Assembly (NCBI GenBank): GCA_965112735.1
Contig: OZ218959.1
Location: 3,348,001-3,412,000, forward strand
DNA length: 64,000 bases
Direction of reading: 5' to 3'
Source: Phaeosaccion multiseriatum
Lineage: Eukaryota > Protista > Ochrophyta, other classes
Below, one piece after another: positions 1 through 12,906 of the stretch. The notes under the pieces are model-generated. The model ran no database searches and was not told where the DNA came from. It was given only the letters and a program-made list of their open reading frames with translations. Every line of letters starts with the position of its first letter. The stretch's first letter is position 1. Position numbers and translations under genes: made by a program.

Positions 1-841
1 CTGCCGACCGAGGCCCACAGAAAGAGGCCGCAGCCCACCGTCATGCCGACCGTGGCCAGAGCGAGGGCGGAGGGCAGGCGGATGGATGGGTGCCACAAGT
101 GAGCAGCGCTCAGAGAGGCCTTGAGCAGGCCCATGTTGTCCAGTCGGAAGGCCCTCACGCAGGCGGAGAAGAGTCCCACGGAGAGCACGAGAAGCATGGC
201 AAGGACGGCGAAGACATAGACGGGCCACTCTTGGGATGTGATGCGCACAGCGGGCAAGGGAAGGGAGGCGGGCTCAACGTAGGCCAGGAGGGCCAGGATG
301 AACACAAAGTAGAAGGTGAGGTAGGCCAGCACCACCTCCGGGGAGGAGGACAGGTCGTGCGACGAGTCGTATCGGGAGGAGTTCGAGGAGTCGTTACTGC
401 CGCGGTTGTTGTTGTTGGTGGTGGAGGTGGTGGTGGTGGTGGTGGTGCTGTTTCCCTTGCCGACGAAGACAATCTTGCCTGCCTCCTCGTCGCTGAGGTA
501 GGGCAGGTGCTTGTTGACGGACGAGCGGATCAGGGCTGAGCCGTAGATGGCAAAGGCGAGAGAGTAGCCCAGCAGCCAGAAACGGGCCATGCTGGCCATG
601 AGCACCACACGGGCCGCGCACATGAGCACGGTGTTGTAGGCGGGCGACCACTGCACCGAGCCGCGGCTGAGTGAGTAGTGAACGCTGTCCAGCACAAGCA
701 GAGTCACGATGTTGAGTAGAGCGAGCTCGGGGTAGCGGGTACGGGCCACCGCGATCATCTGCGGGAAAGGGGGGGGGTGAGTGGGAGGCTTGGTGAGAGG
801 GATGGCGAGAGGCAAGAGAACGGCAACCAGCAGGAAGAGCA

Positions 842-905
<64 letters not shown>

Positions 906-3292
906 CATGCAGATAGCACCTGGTAGATGAAGAGCACCGCGAAGGCCGTGCCGTAGAGCTTGAGTCCAAGGGAGACCTTGGCCCCTACTCCTTCCCCTGC
1001 CGCCCCTGCCGCCCTTGCCGCCCCTGCCGCCCCGTAAACGGAGGCCAGCGCATCTCCGAAGCGGAAGGTGCGGATATCTCCAGCTGCGGTGTAGCAGTTC
1101 CCCAGCAGCTTGTAAAAGGCGTTGCTCCTCATGACTTCCTCCTTGCGCTTGTCCAGCAACACGGGCACGGCACTCCCGTCCACGTCTCCTCCCAGCACAT
1201 CAAGGTTCTGGCTCAGCGTCCGCTGGACGAGGTTGGGCCTCTTTTCCGCTGTCCCCCCCAAGCCTACCCCTCCTGCTCCTCCTGCAGTCTGTCCCCACTT
1301 GCGCTGCTGCTGCCGGAGCCTTTTCCTCATGGCCTTCTCCCGAGCCGCGACGTCCGAAACGATCATGCCCAAGCGGGAGGCGTTCTTGCTGAGCTCACGG
1401 TTAGTGATGAAGAGCAGCAGGATGATGGGGATCATGTTGAGCGTGAAGAAGATGCACGTGGTGCCCGAGAAGTTCAAGGGGAGACCCCCATCGTACACGG
1501 CCGGGTCAAGGAACACCACCGCCGCACAGAAGGCCACCACGAGCAACAGAGCGGCGCCGAACAGGCTCAGCGAGGCGGAGTTCATGAGCCATCCCCTGGC
1601 TTTCCAGTGGCGGTACCCCGTCAGGCCAAAGGCGCCCGCGGTGCCCACCAGTAGGATGAAGAAGCCGATGGCGGGCGGATTGACGGTGGCAATGCAAGTC
1701 ATGCCCCACGCCCACAGTACCAGCAGCGGCAGGAGGAGGGACATCCGTACGGCAAGGGCCGCAAAGTACAGATTCCTTCGAAAGTCGAGGTTCTGCTCGC
1801 TGTGCCCGTTGCAGGCAAACAGCTTGCCCACCACGGATTTGGTTCGCCCCCTGACCTCCTTGGCTTCTCCTTGTTCTTCTGCTTCTTCTCCTTCTTCTTC
1901 CTCGGCAGCAAAACCGCCGGCCAGGCGCAGCACTTGGCTCTCGACGCGATCGAAGCGCCACTTCATGAGGCGAAAGTAGCGCCGAGACAGCAAAGTGAAG
2001 AACACGAGCATGGCCACGTGCTCGGCAAAGCGAATCCAAAACGTCGCCAGGCTTAAGTCTCTCGAGTAGCCGACCGTGGACGCGTCATCGTCGAGCAGCG
2101 GCACCACGACCACAGCGTACATCTGATCCTCCTCTCCGCTGACCCCATTGGCGTACAGAGTCACGGGGTCTGACTCCAGTCCGCCGTAGTAGCCGCGTGT
2201 AACGGCAGCAAGCACCTTGCTGTAGCACTTGAAGTACTCGTCGGTGTCTGTGTAGTCGTCCAGATACATGCGGCTGGACGTGGACTTGAAGCCCTCGTTG
2301 GATATCCAAGCCGGCTCCCCGTGGTCTACCAGGTCAGTGTACCACTTGCACACCCACACTGTGGAGGCCATGTTCATGCTAAAGGACACGTACTCGCCGC
2401 CCCCCGTGGTCTGCCTCTCTGCCTGGTCAGTTCGCACCATGATGCCCCCTGCCATGGCATCGAACAGAGAGTACGTGTCGTCAATCAGCTGAGCGCGGCC
2501 TACGTAGACCTTGCCGTAGTCTTCAAAGGAGTCCTCTGTGAGGGAGGTGTCCACTCCTGCCACCGTGGTAATCACGTCTTCCCCGGCAAAGGTTTCTTCC
2601 ACGTTGACCTGAAAGGGTAGAATGTACAGGCTCAGCAAGACGCAGGCGTCTTCGCAGTCCGCATCCCCACAAGTGCACACCGTGGCCTCGTCGTCATTGA
2701 AATTCACCCAGGAGGTCTCGTTGCACCACAGCTGGCTAGGCATGAGCCAAGAGGTGCCAAAGGCATCACAACTCCGATCGAACTCCCCGTCATCACACTC
2801 CAGTGCCGTGTAAGAGGCCGCTGACTGATACGCACTGCAGAAGGGTACGCGCACTGTGGTACTGCCCAGTGTGTCGTCCCAAAACTCCAAACCGCTGTCA
2901 GAATCCATCAGCGAGACGGTGATGGCGTAGCCGGACGTGTGCACCCCGACGCTCAGGGATTCATTGTACACTGGATTGGCACTGTCGTCCACCACTCTCG
3001 TCCTCGCCGACACGGTACCCACGTCCAGCTGCAAATACGGATCGCTCCAACCAGTCCCCATGAGCGAGTCAGAGTCGGGAACATTGAGTGCCCTCCACAC
3101 CTTGGCACGCACTTGACCACCAGACGACGCGGCTTGCACTCCCTTGTCCTCGCAAGAGCTCGCACCCGACGCACACGAGAAGGACCCCGCCACGACCACC
3201 ACCTCGCTGGCCACGACGAGTATCGCCAGAAGGAGGCCCCTGCCATGACCTCCGTCGCGAAGAGGGCCCATCGTACCACACCGCGAGGCCAT
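1..3292 (-). CDS. Signal peptide + C2 domain + multi-pass transmembrane protein (3' end runs off the window)
   Basis: Exon 3292-920 encodes a hydrophobic N-terminus, C2-like VWRALNVPDSDSLMGTGWSDPYLQL...NPVYNE...MDSDSGLEFWDDTLG, then many TM helices. A GT-AG intron at 919-759 contains (CT)n. The next exon (MIAVARTRYPELALLNIVTLLVLD...) stays open and hydrophobic towards position 1. Confidence 0.75.
846..904. repeat. (GA)n microsatellite, intronic
   Basis: Direct observation. Confidence 0.95.
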
Positions 3293-3658
3293 TCACTTCC
3301 AAGCCATCCGCGATTGCCCTCTTCCCCTCATCACTTCTTCCTCCTGCTTGGTATGCAAAATCTTCTCCTCCCGTCCTCCTTGTTCAACGGCTCATAGTTT
3401 TCAGCTCTCCCACTACTTGCTCACGATGGACCAAGACGGGAAGGAGGGAGAAGGAGGGGTGTGGGGGTGAAACAGAATGCGAAACGGCAAAATCATTGCC
3501 TTACTCCGGCCCCCCTCCTCTCTCTCGATATCCTCTCTCCCAGCCTTTTTTCTTCTTGTACAACACCCATATGCGGCTGCAAGACAGGATGCGATAGTGA
3601 AGGCACTGATCTGCTCACAGTTTCCCGTCCTCGTCTCCCGTAGCGGCAAAGCTTGGCC

Positions 3659-4683
3659 ATGGAGGAGCAGGGACGGTCCAGCAGCGTGCGACCGTTGCAG
3701 ATTGGCGACGAGGTGATCAACTTCACAGCCGACAGCCACCTGGGCATGGTGACGCTGCACGACCTCATCGACGGGAGCTGGGGGATAATTCTCACGTACC
3801 CGCGAAACAAGGATCCTGTGGCGTGCACGGAGCTGGCCATGCTTGCCAAGCTGCAGGTGAGCAAGCAGGGTGCTGGGAAAAGGGAGGTGGTGTCTGTTGT
3901 TCACCCTTGCGCCTGGCTCCCCCCCCGCTTCCGCTGCTGCTGCTGCCGCCGTCAATAGCCAGAGTTCGATGCTCGGAAGTGCAAGACTGTCGCTGTGGCG
4001 GTGGACTCTCGGAGCGGCCACCGGGCCTTTGTCAAGCAAGTGCAGGTGAAGTAAGGAGAAGTCAGTAACCTGCGTGAATTGCAATTCAGGAGGTGCATGT
4101 GTGCCCCCTCTGCTTCGCCCTCTCAATCTAAAGGAGCTCCAAGGCTGCCAAGTGAACTTTCCGCTTGTGGCGGATGCCGGCGCCGAGATTTTCGAAATGT
4201 ATGGCTTGGTGCGGCCAGACGCTGTGGAGCCCACCAAGGGCCTGCTGCCCCAGACGTGTGTCTATGTCGTGGACCTGGACAAGAGGGTAAGGCTCGTGAG
4301 TCAGTACCCCAGCTCTGTGGGCCAGAACTACTACGAGCTGCTCCGTGCTATTGATGCCATCCAGGTGGCCAGCTTCCACCCATGCAGCATCCCTGCCAAC
4401 TGGAAGGAGGGAGACGACGTGTTCATCAGCACCAGCGTCGCCTCCAACAGCGCAGCGCAAATGTTCCCCAAGGTAAGGAGTCGTGACGTGTTGTGTTGTG
4501 TTGTGTTGAGCTTGGCCAGGCTGGCCTTGCCTCAGTGGGTGCGCTTCACTGAGTGCGCTTTCTCTTCCCAGTGACAGGGTGCTGATGGCACTTCTCTCTT
4601 CTCTGTGTTTATTGCTTGTTCTACAGGGCTTTGTTGAGATCAAGCCGTGGTTCCGGCTAACGCCCCAGCCCAACTTGGAGTAG
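3659..4683 (+). CDS. 1-Cys peroxiredoxin (Prx6)-like protein with degenerate active site, 4 exons
   Basis: Spliced product: LQIGDEVINFTADSHLG...SWGIILTYPRNKDPVACTEL...PEFDARKCK...FPLVAD...YPSSVGQNYYELLRAIDAIQ...PANWKEGDDVFI...FPKGFVEIKPWFRLTPQP. This follows Prx6 end to end. Confidence 0.85.
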
Positions 4684-5137
4684 CGGAAGGAAAGGCCCCC
4701 CAGCGCAACGACAGTAGCGCTCGTGAGGCATGAGCCCCCCCCCTGCGCACAGCGGCTCCCAAAAAAAGCCTTCCCCAACCCCAAAAGCTCACCCCCCCGC
4801 GTCCGCAAGAGTGTCCGGTATTTAGCCGCAGGCAGGCCTCTGCTGCATGGCCAGGGCTATGGTACCAGCTGCGCTGCGGCGAGCGGGCGGCAGCTGATGA
4901 ACCACACGAAGGTCAGCAGAGCCCTTCAGCCTGGGTGCTGTATAGGCTGCGACGAGCGACGCACAAGACACGGCACTGCTTCCGGAGCAAACGCCTTGCA
5001 ATTGAGATATGTTCTATGGCTGCTGCCATTCGGTACAATAGCAGCGTCAGTAGCCGCCTCCAAGGCGCGCTCTGCGCCTGCGCCTTCCGTGGAAGCAGCA
5101 GCAGCGCCTGCCCGCCCAGGGCTGGCTCCCTTCTACT

Positions 5138-6793
5138 CTACGGGTTTGGCTCTGCAGCCTTGATGAATCCCTGCAGTGCACATTGAATGGGAGGGGGGGG
5201 ACAAGAGGTGTGGCCAGAGAAAGCAATTTGAGGGGGTGTATTCTTCGGTTCCCCCCCCCAAGGCAAGCCTCGTCTCGGAGGAAGAGACTATGAAAGGGGG
5301 CAGTAAATCCTTAAACCATGCGTCCAGCAGGGGAAAGACTCTTTTCCCTTATATATGAGCAATCGAGTGTGTGTCTCCCCCTTTGGATGGTGAGTAATGG
5401 CAATGGCATGTCTTCCACCGCACCCCACCACACCGCACCGACCTGTATGCTCTTGACGTAGGCCTCCTTGTCGTCCAGGTGTGGGAAGTGCCCCCCTTCG
5501 AATGTCTGCACTGTCGTTCGTTCAGCGGGAAGGCTCTTGAGTAGTGCGCTCATATCGTCTTTGTTGAGCAGCGGGTCGTCCTTCCCCTTGGTCACCAGCA
5601 CCGGCACCCCAATGGCCCGCAGGCCGGGGTCAGAGGCGGAAGCGGCAGCCGCGCTCAAGGGGAGTGCATCCACGACCTCGTTGCTGTACTTGGAGGCTAT
5701 TGTTTGCACGGCAGACAGACAGAGAGACAGTGAGAGGAACAGTCAGACAGAAACACAGACGGGGCTACTCTTCACTACCACTCTCCGCCCCCTGCAGCAG
5801 GCCTGCGTGAAGACACGACGACGCACGCACGCACCTGCACTCTCCAAGCAGATTGGAAGCTTGGCATCCCTCTTGGTATACGTAGTTAGCGAATCCTCCA
5901 CGTATGTCTTGGGCAGCCCCGCGCCCACGCCTCCGCTGAGAATGGGACTGGCCAGGATGAGGGACAGAATAGGAGGTGCTGCTGCTGCCGGCGGCGCTAG
6001 TGCTCTTTGCAACGCGAGGGCTGCTCCTGTACCGTGGCCCATGAGGTGCAGCCCTCCCTTGATCTTCAGGTGTGCAATGACTGCATCGATCTGCGCCTGT
6101 AAGCACGCAGGGGACAAGAGCTCCTTGCGCAAGCTCGCGTTATCGCTCTGGGGTTGTGGCAGCGGCGAAGAGGTGCCCACGCCAATGGGATCGAACGTGA
6201 TAACCCGATTGTCCTTTTGCACCACGGCCTCGACCGTAGACAGGTACTCGTGGAAGAGCCCTGCGGGGAGGGAGGAGCCAGGTGAGACTTTTGAGATGTC
6301 CATCCCGACGCTTCAGCGAGAGAGACACGTTACTTGCCTTGGGTTGGGATGAGCAGCAGGGGATGCAGCTTGTTCTTCGCCTCCTTCCTCTCCCCGCCCA
6401 CCTCCCGCAGGTACAGATCGCCCTTGAAAGACCCAAACTGGAAAGGAATCGCCCCTTCGTTAAAATCCACCTCGTACGCCCACATTGGGAACGTCTCGCC
6501 TGTATCGGCGGCAATTGTAGACGCATATGAGGGTCAGTTCGCACCCTTCCTGCTCGAAATAGTGTGTACTACATCTTACCGCAAAAGGCCTCCGCAGGCT
6601 TCACCGCTGTCCCCACCAGCACGCCCGCTACTCCCACCAAAAATCCTGCCCTATCCACACCTACACTGCCTAAGAGGGAAGGGGACCGGCCCTTCCCCTT
6701 CCAACCACTGCTGCCGCATCTCACGACAGTGCTGGTGAAACTCTGGACATGCCCCAGCAGTTGCAGTACCAGCAGAAGAGCCAGGGCACGCAT
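5138..6793 (-). CDS. Plastid (probably thylakoid-lumen) alpha/beta-hydrolase-fold protein, proline-iminopeptidase-like, nucleophile Ser absent
   Basis: Signal peptide ending VQS-F. Motifs RVITFDPIGVGTS, LHLMGHGTGA, VPVLVTKGKDD and GGHFPHLD. Last exon GFIKAAEPNP* ends at 5138. One GC-AG intron (donor 6337). Confidence 0.75.
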
Positions 6794-6930
6794 GAAGAGA
6801 AGAGAAGTAGACGAAGGGAGGAGAGAGGAGTATGTCAGTGAAATAGTGTGAGTTTCAGCTCCATGCCTGTTACAAATTGGCATACATCTTCTCGTACAAC
6901 CCCCTCCCGGAAAGGCCATCTCCTCCTCAG

Positions 6931-9002
6931 ATGGTGCCTGTGAGGGGGGCGAAGGCCAAAGCCGTTCAAAGCATGCAGAAGCAGCAGAGTGGCATGGGGT
7001 CCCATGGAAAAAATCAAGCAGTTGTAGAAAGGGGGGAGGGGAGGAGCAAGAGGGAGGCAAGAGTGAGGGCGGAGGAGAGCATGCAGAGCATGAACGGAAG
7101 GCCGTCCTCTCCACAGGCGGGGGGCTTGGGGCGTCTTTCCATCGACAGCGGCCGCGGCAAGAGGGGTTCTTTCTCGTCATCTCTCGGGTCGCCTTCCTCC
7201 TCAGAGGGCAGGGACAAGGCCTCGACGTTGGCGTCCTCGTCCTCTGCAAAGGTAAGGCAGATGAAGCAGGAACTGCAGCGGCAGCAGAAGAAACAGGAGG
7301 TCGAACGGGGGCTCGACCAGGCCGGAGCAGCGCCGTCCCTCTCCTCCAAGGCAAGTTGTCTTGTCGCCTCTCCCGCCTTCGCCTTTCTCCCTTCCGAGGC
7401 TTCCTTGACCCTCACCCCTCACGAACCGAACCACTCCTTTCCCCTTTCACCTGCTTCAGAAGCGCTCCATGTCCTCCATGTCGTCGGAGAGTGGCCCGAG
7501 CAAAAAGGCAAAGACTGAGCAGCAGCAGCAGCAGCAGGGGAAGCAGAAGGCCAAAGCCACCAAAGGCAAGGAGGGCCAGGCCGAGGAGAAGCTCCGGGCC
7601 AAGAAGAAGGCCAAGAAGAAGGCCAAGGCGGAGGCCAAGGCCCAGGCCAAGAAGGCGAGGCCTCCTCCGTATAGATTCGCTTTCAGCCCGGATGTCGACC
7701 CCCACCCGGGCGCGGGGCCTGAGCTCCTCTCTGTGGCGCTCTACCTGTGGAGCAACAAGACTGCCCTCAAGTTCGGGCAGTCGTGGAACCTACACCTCGG
7801 TAGCCTCGAGGTATAGGCTGTGCGCTGTGCTGTGGGGTTATGCTGCTGCCTTGCGTGCACGCATTAACACCACTTCGCCGTGCCCTTTCTCGCCCCCCCC
7901 CCCTCCCCTGCATCAGGCGGCGATGGTCAACGTGCAAGACCACGGCCCTCTTTTGGGTATGATTCACGGCCGGCTGCTGGCCAGTGAGGAGCAGCTCAAG
8001 CAAATGCAGAGTGGGGAGCAGAAGTTCAGGACAAAGCTCTGGTAGGTAGTTGCGTGTTTGCTCGCGGTGAGGCCCTTTTGATGTGCAGCTCACACACACG
8101 CACATGCACACACACGCACACACACCGAAAACAACAGGACGCAGAAACTGAGGCGGTGGACGGCGGGGCTCTACCTTAAACTAGACATGTTGATAGAGGA
8201 GAGAGATCGACGGGAGAGAGGCTCGGAGGAGGAGGAGGAGGAGGAGGAGGAGGAGGAGGAGGAGGAGGAGTCTGCTGACGAAGGGGAGGACGAGGAGGAG
8301 GAAGGGCCGGGTAGGGGGAGCAAAGAAGGCGAGAACAGCGATGCGGACAAGAACGAAGGGAAAAGAATCAAAGAGGGAAAGGGGGGGGGGAGGGGGAAAG
8401 AGGAGGAAGAGCAGATGAGCGGAGCAGAGGAGGCAAAAGAAGGGGAGGAGGGGCAATCAAACGAAACACAGGAGGGAAAAGGGGAGGAAGGGCAACCGAG
8501 TGGGACAAAGGAGCGGAAAGGGAATAAAGAGGAGGAGACGAGCGACAGTGATCTGAGCAGCGAGGAGGAGAAGGAAGTGATTGGCTGTGCCATCTGCGAG
8601 ACGGATGACCACCACGACAAGGTAAGGATACCCAAGCAAGAGCGGAAGGAACCCTTGCCCTATCCCCACCAACCCCCTCTCCCCCCGCCTCAGATCCTGA
8701 TTTGCGACGGCTGCGAGAAGGAGTTTCACCTTTATTGCGTGGACCCCCCTCTGCGAAAGGTGCCAAAGGGGAATTGGTACTGCGTCGCGTGCGTGGCGGC
8801 CGGACGGGTGGTGGGCTGTATAGCATGCTTCCAGGACTCGCAGAACGACAAGATGCTGCTGTGCGACGGGCCCAACTGCAACAACGAGCTGCACACCTTC
8901 TGCGCGAGGCCCCCGCTCAGATCCATTCCTACTGGATGGTGAGTGCGAGCGACACAAACGGCCCTCTGTCCAGTGGCCAACCAACCAAGCTCACATGTGT
9001 GT

Positions 9003-9042
<40 letters not shown>

Positions 9043-11002
9043 TGATATAGGTGGTACTGCGAGAGCTGTGCTGCCAGGTCCAATCTCAAGGCGTGCATGG
9101 TGTGCAAGAAGGACGAGAAGTACGAGTCGATGCTGCTGTGTGACAGCTGCGAGAATGAGTGCCATCTCTGGTGCTGCGACCCCCCTCTCTCCGCAGTGCC
9201 CAAAGGTGCCTGGTTCTGCGTACACTGTATCGAGGTGGGTGGGTGGATGGGTTGGTGGGTCGGTAGGTGGGTGGTTGGGTGAGTGGGTGGGGTCGGTGGG
9301 TGCCTTCAAGTGCTTGCGGCTCCCTTTTGAGTGTGATACACGGGAGGCTGAAGCTTTTGTACCATGTACTTGCCTATTCCTCTCCTTGGCAAAGATGAAA
9401 GCTATCGCAGAAGCGGACAAGATTAAGGCGAGGGAAGTGGCAGCGCGACGGAGAAGGAGAACGCGCAAGCGTAAGATAAAGGAGCAGCAGCGAGCGGAAA
9501 GAGAAGCCGAGGAGGAAAAGGAGAAGAAGGAAAAGGAGGAAGAGGAGTCTCAAGGGTTTGAGGAGGAAGATGAGGACGGGGAGGACGAGCACAGCGTGAT
9601 GAGGAAGGCCATCAAAGAGCAAGTGGGGCAAATCGAGGACGAAGACGATCTGGACAAAGAGATTGAGAAGGTACAGAACGTTCTGCACGTCTCTCGAGTT
9701 GTTGATTCTGTGGATTCTGCCTGCCAACGCTTGCCCCATCGCGAGAGGGGCGGAGGACGCTCACTTGCTTAGTCGCTAGAGGGGAGGATAGGAGGAGCTC
9801 TCTCGCTCCCTCGTCCTCTCTCGTTCTCCCTCCCTCTCCCTCTCTCTCTCCCCTCTCTCTCTCTCGCTTCTTGCCGCTCACCCCCCACCTCTGTTCTTTG
9901 ACCTAGACATCCCCCTTCCCGCCCCCCGTCTCGCCTGCGCCAGATGCGGTACTACACAGGTATACTCACGGGGGGGGCTGACGGCACCAGCACCACTATT
10001 GCTCCTCTCCTTAGAGAGACGACCACGTACAGCGACCTCACGCCCCTGGACCGCTCTCGTATGCTACTCGCCCTGTGCGAGGCTTCGATTGATGGCGACT
10101 CATACATCAAGCGCTCCATGGACACTATGGAGAGTGACGACCAGCGGGTGGAGCCGCTGGGCAAGGACAGTAGCAACAAGAGGTACTTCTACTTTCCGCA
10201 GTTCTTTCCAGACAAGCGCATCTATCGGCAGTGGTCCACAAGGGGGAAGGGAGGGCCTCCTCCTCCTCCTGCTTCCTCCACGAGCGCTCCTCGGCCCAAC
10301 GGACAGGGCGGGGCGGCGAATGGAACTTTAGCATCAGGGAAGGAGGGTCCTGTGCTGGCTGCTTCGGCAGTGAGCAGGGGGGGGGATGTATGGGAGCTGG
10401 TGGCGGACTCGATTGAGGTGAGGAAGAGGCAAGAAGGCTTGAGGTATCACACTTTGGTACTGACGCTACAAGCAGATGGCGGGTTTGCAGCTGTGTGGCG
10501 GGGACTTTGGAGAGAGGAATGACAGCGAGAGGACGATAGGGCCACGGGGGAGAGAGACACGGAGGGGCGCGTGCAGTCGGTGGAGGGTGGGGAAACAGGA
10601 GTCTAGGGGAGCAGGTTCAACCTGGGTAGAGAGAGGGATACGGAGACGGAGTGGGAGGAGCGGGTGATAGCCAGGTTGACAACACAGAGTATAGTGATAT
10701 CACAGGAGAAGGCCTTCTAATCTCCCCCGCCCTGCCCCGTCGTCCCCCCCCCCCACACACACACGCACACGCTACCCCAGTCAATGTCCAAGCTCGTCGA
10801 CGCACTGGAGAAGAGCCCCCGAGCCGCGGACATGGAGCTTGGAGAGCAGATTCAGCACATCATGCTGGCTGTCAAAGAGTACGAACAAAAGCACAAGAAG
10901 GCCCTTGAGAGGCAAGCGCTCTTTGCGGCCATGCCAAGAAGACGGTCCTCGCGCTCCACCCGGCCAGAGGGGGAGGAAGGACCGGATGCTTATTCATTTT
11001 GA
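6931..11002 (+). CDS. Chromatin-remodelling factor with three PHD fingers and a WHIM/WSD-like region (RSF1/BAZ-like)
   Basis: Three C4HC3 fingers (CAIC...CDGCEKEFHLYC...WYCVAC; CIAC...CDGPNCNNELHTFC; CMVC...CDSCENECHLWC), an acidic tract, and RVEPLGKDSSNKRYFYFPQF. The start codon is uncertain (6931 or 6973). Confidence 0.8.
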
Positions 11003-11311
11003 GGACTGTCTGGAGCTGGCGGGCGAGGCTTTTGGTGGGGCGAGGGGCTAGATATTTGGCTCCGTACATATGCTCTCAGATGAACACCTCGCATAAAATG
11101 CAAACCAAGGTGTAAGGCACATCCACACACACACACCCGTCCTGCTCGCCCTTCTGGTAGACGAATCGGTAGACCGCCAAAAAAAAAGCCATCATCCCCT
11201 GTTGGTGGCCCAGACTCACAGTTGGGTCAATTGCTTCCTTGTTGCCCACATTTTTCCTGGACGCTCCTTGACGCTCCACAGACGGCCTTTTCCCTATCCC
11301 ACACAGCAATT

Positions 11312-12823
11312 ATGAAGCTTCTTCTCTCTTTGATTCTGGTGGTCATGGGGATGTGCCTGTTCAAGTCCACGGGCCTCAAGGTTCCCGAGAAAGCGGGAGG
11401 AAGCCCCACCGATGATACGGTGAGAAAATCTAGGCGGTAAACTCCTGTTCGTCCACTCTCTCACGTTTCCGACGTTTTGCAGGTGACAAATACGGTGTTC
11501 TTCGACATGGAGGTTGACGGAGAACCTGCGGGCCGCATCACGATGGGACTCTTCGGAAACGCAGGTGGGTGCAGTTGTTGTGGTCTCTCTTCATTGGCTC
11601 CGGTGCTCATGATTCTCACATCCCTCCTTCCCTCCGTCCGTCCGTCCCTCTCTCTCTTTCCTCTCTCATTATCCGTCTGTCTCCTCTCTCCCTCTCTCTC
11701 TGTGTGTGTGTCTCTGTCTCCGTCTCTCTCTCCTCCTCCCCTCTGTCTCTGGCCATCTCTGTACACGTCTCTCTCCCTTTCTGTGTCTCCCCAGTACCCC
11801 GGACCGGTAAGAAATACTTGGGAGAAGGCTGAACAGTAAAATAGCGGCCCATGGAAGTTTGTTTGGTACTGTGCCGTGTATGCTGGCATCTGCCTTTCGT
11901 GCCCTCTCTCTCACCGCCACCACTGACCAGTCACAATGAACATCTCTCCCACCCCCGCCCAAAGTCGAGAACTTCAGGGCCCTCTGCACTGGTGAGAAGG
12001 GCACGGGCCAGTCGGGCAAGCCGCTGCACTACAAGGGGTCCAAGTTCCATCGCATCATCCCTTCGTTCATGCTTCAGGGCGGAGACTTTACACACGGCAC
12101 GGGCACTGGAGGCGAATCGATCTACGGCGGAAAGGTATGAAGATGTGGACCACGCTCTGTGTGTGAGAATGGCTTGCTACACAAGTCCGCGCGTATCGTC
12201 AGGGCCGTGACACTGGACAGCTCGTGGGGGGCCGGTGACCAAATGAACGAGAACGGCAGCGATCGTTAGTCTAGTAGAGCATGCCCTACGTGCCGCCTGT
12301 AAGTGAGTGTGTTATGACCCACCACCCCCCTTGACTGTGCCCCCACCCCTGCTTCATTCAGTTCGACGATGAGTCATTTGGCCTCAAGCACACAGAGCCG
12401 GGCATGCTGTCCATGGCCAATGCAGGCAAGAACACCAACGGCAGTCAGTTCTTTATTACAACTGTGCCCACGTCTTGGCTCGACGGAAAGCACGTCGTGT
12501 TCGGGCGAGTGCTTGAGGGCATGGAACTGGTGAAGAAGATCGAGGGGCTCGGCAGCAGGTAATCAAGCACAGAGGGAGGGAGCAAGAAGGGGCGGAAGGA
12601 ACAAGAGGTTGCCTTGACTCACCAAGCCCAAACCCACACTGCCACCCCCTTACACCACCGGGGGGAAGGAAGAAGAAGAAGAAGAAGGAGGAGGAAGAGG
12701 TTGCCCCTACCCCACCCAGCCCATACTCACACCCACACACTTCCGCGCCCCCCCCCCCACACCTCCAGGAGTGGCAAGCCCTCGGTAACAATCACCGTCG
12801 GCGACTCCGGGGAATTGCCTTAG
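11312..12823 (+). CDS. Secretory-pathway cyclophilin-type peptidyl-prolyl isomerase
   Basis: Signal peptide [17 protein letters not shown]. Motifs [67 protein letters not shown] and [12 protein letters not shown]. Confidence 0.95.
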
Positions 12824-12906
12824 GATGAGTTTGAGTTAGTTGTTACTAGGGTGCTAACTTAATAAATACATTTTAATTCATTCGTTCATTCCGCTATCAT
12901 TACGCA

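Noticed and set aside
3659-5138. Selenoprotein or recoding explanation for the odd peroxiredoxin
   Set aside because: There is no in-frame TGA in the spliced model and no recognisable SECIS.
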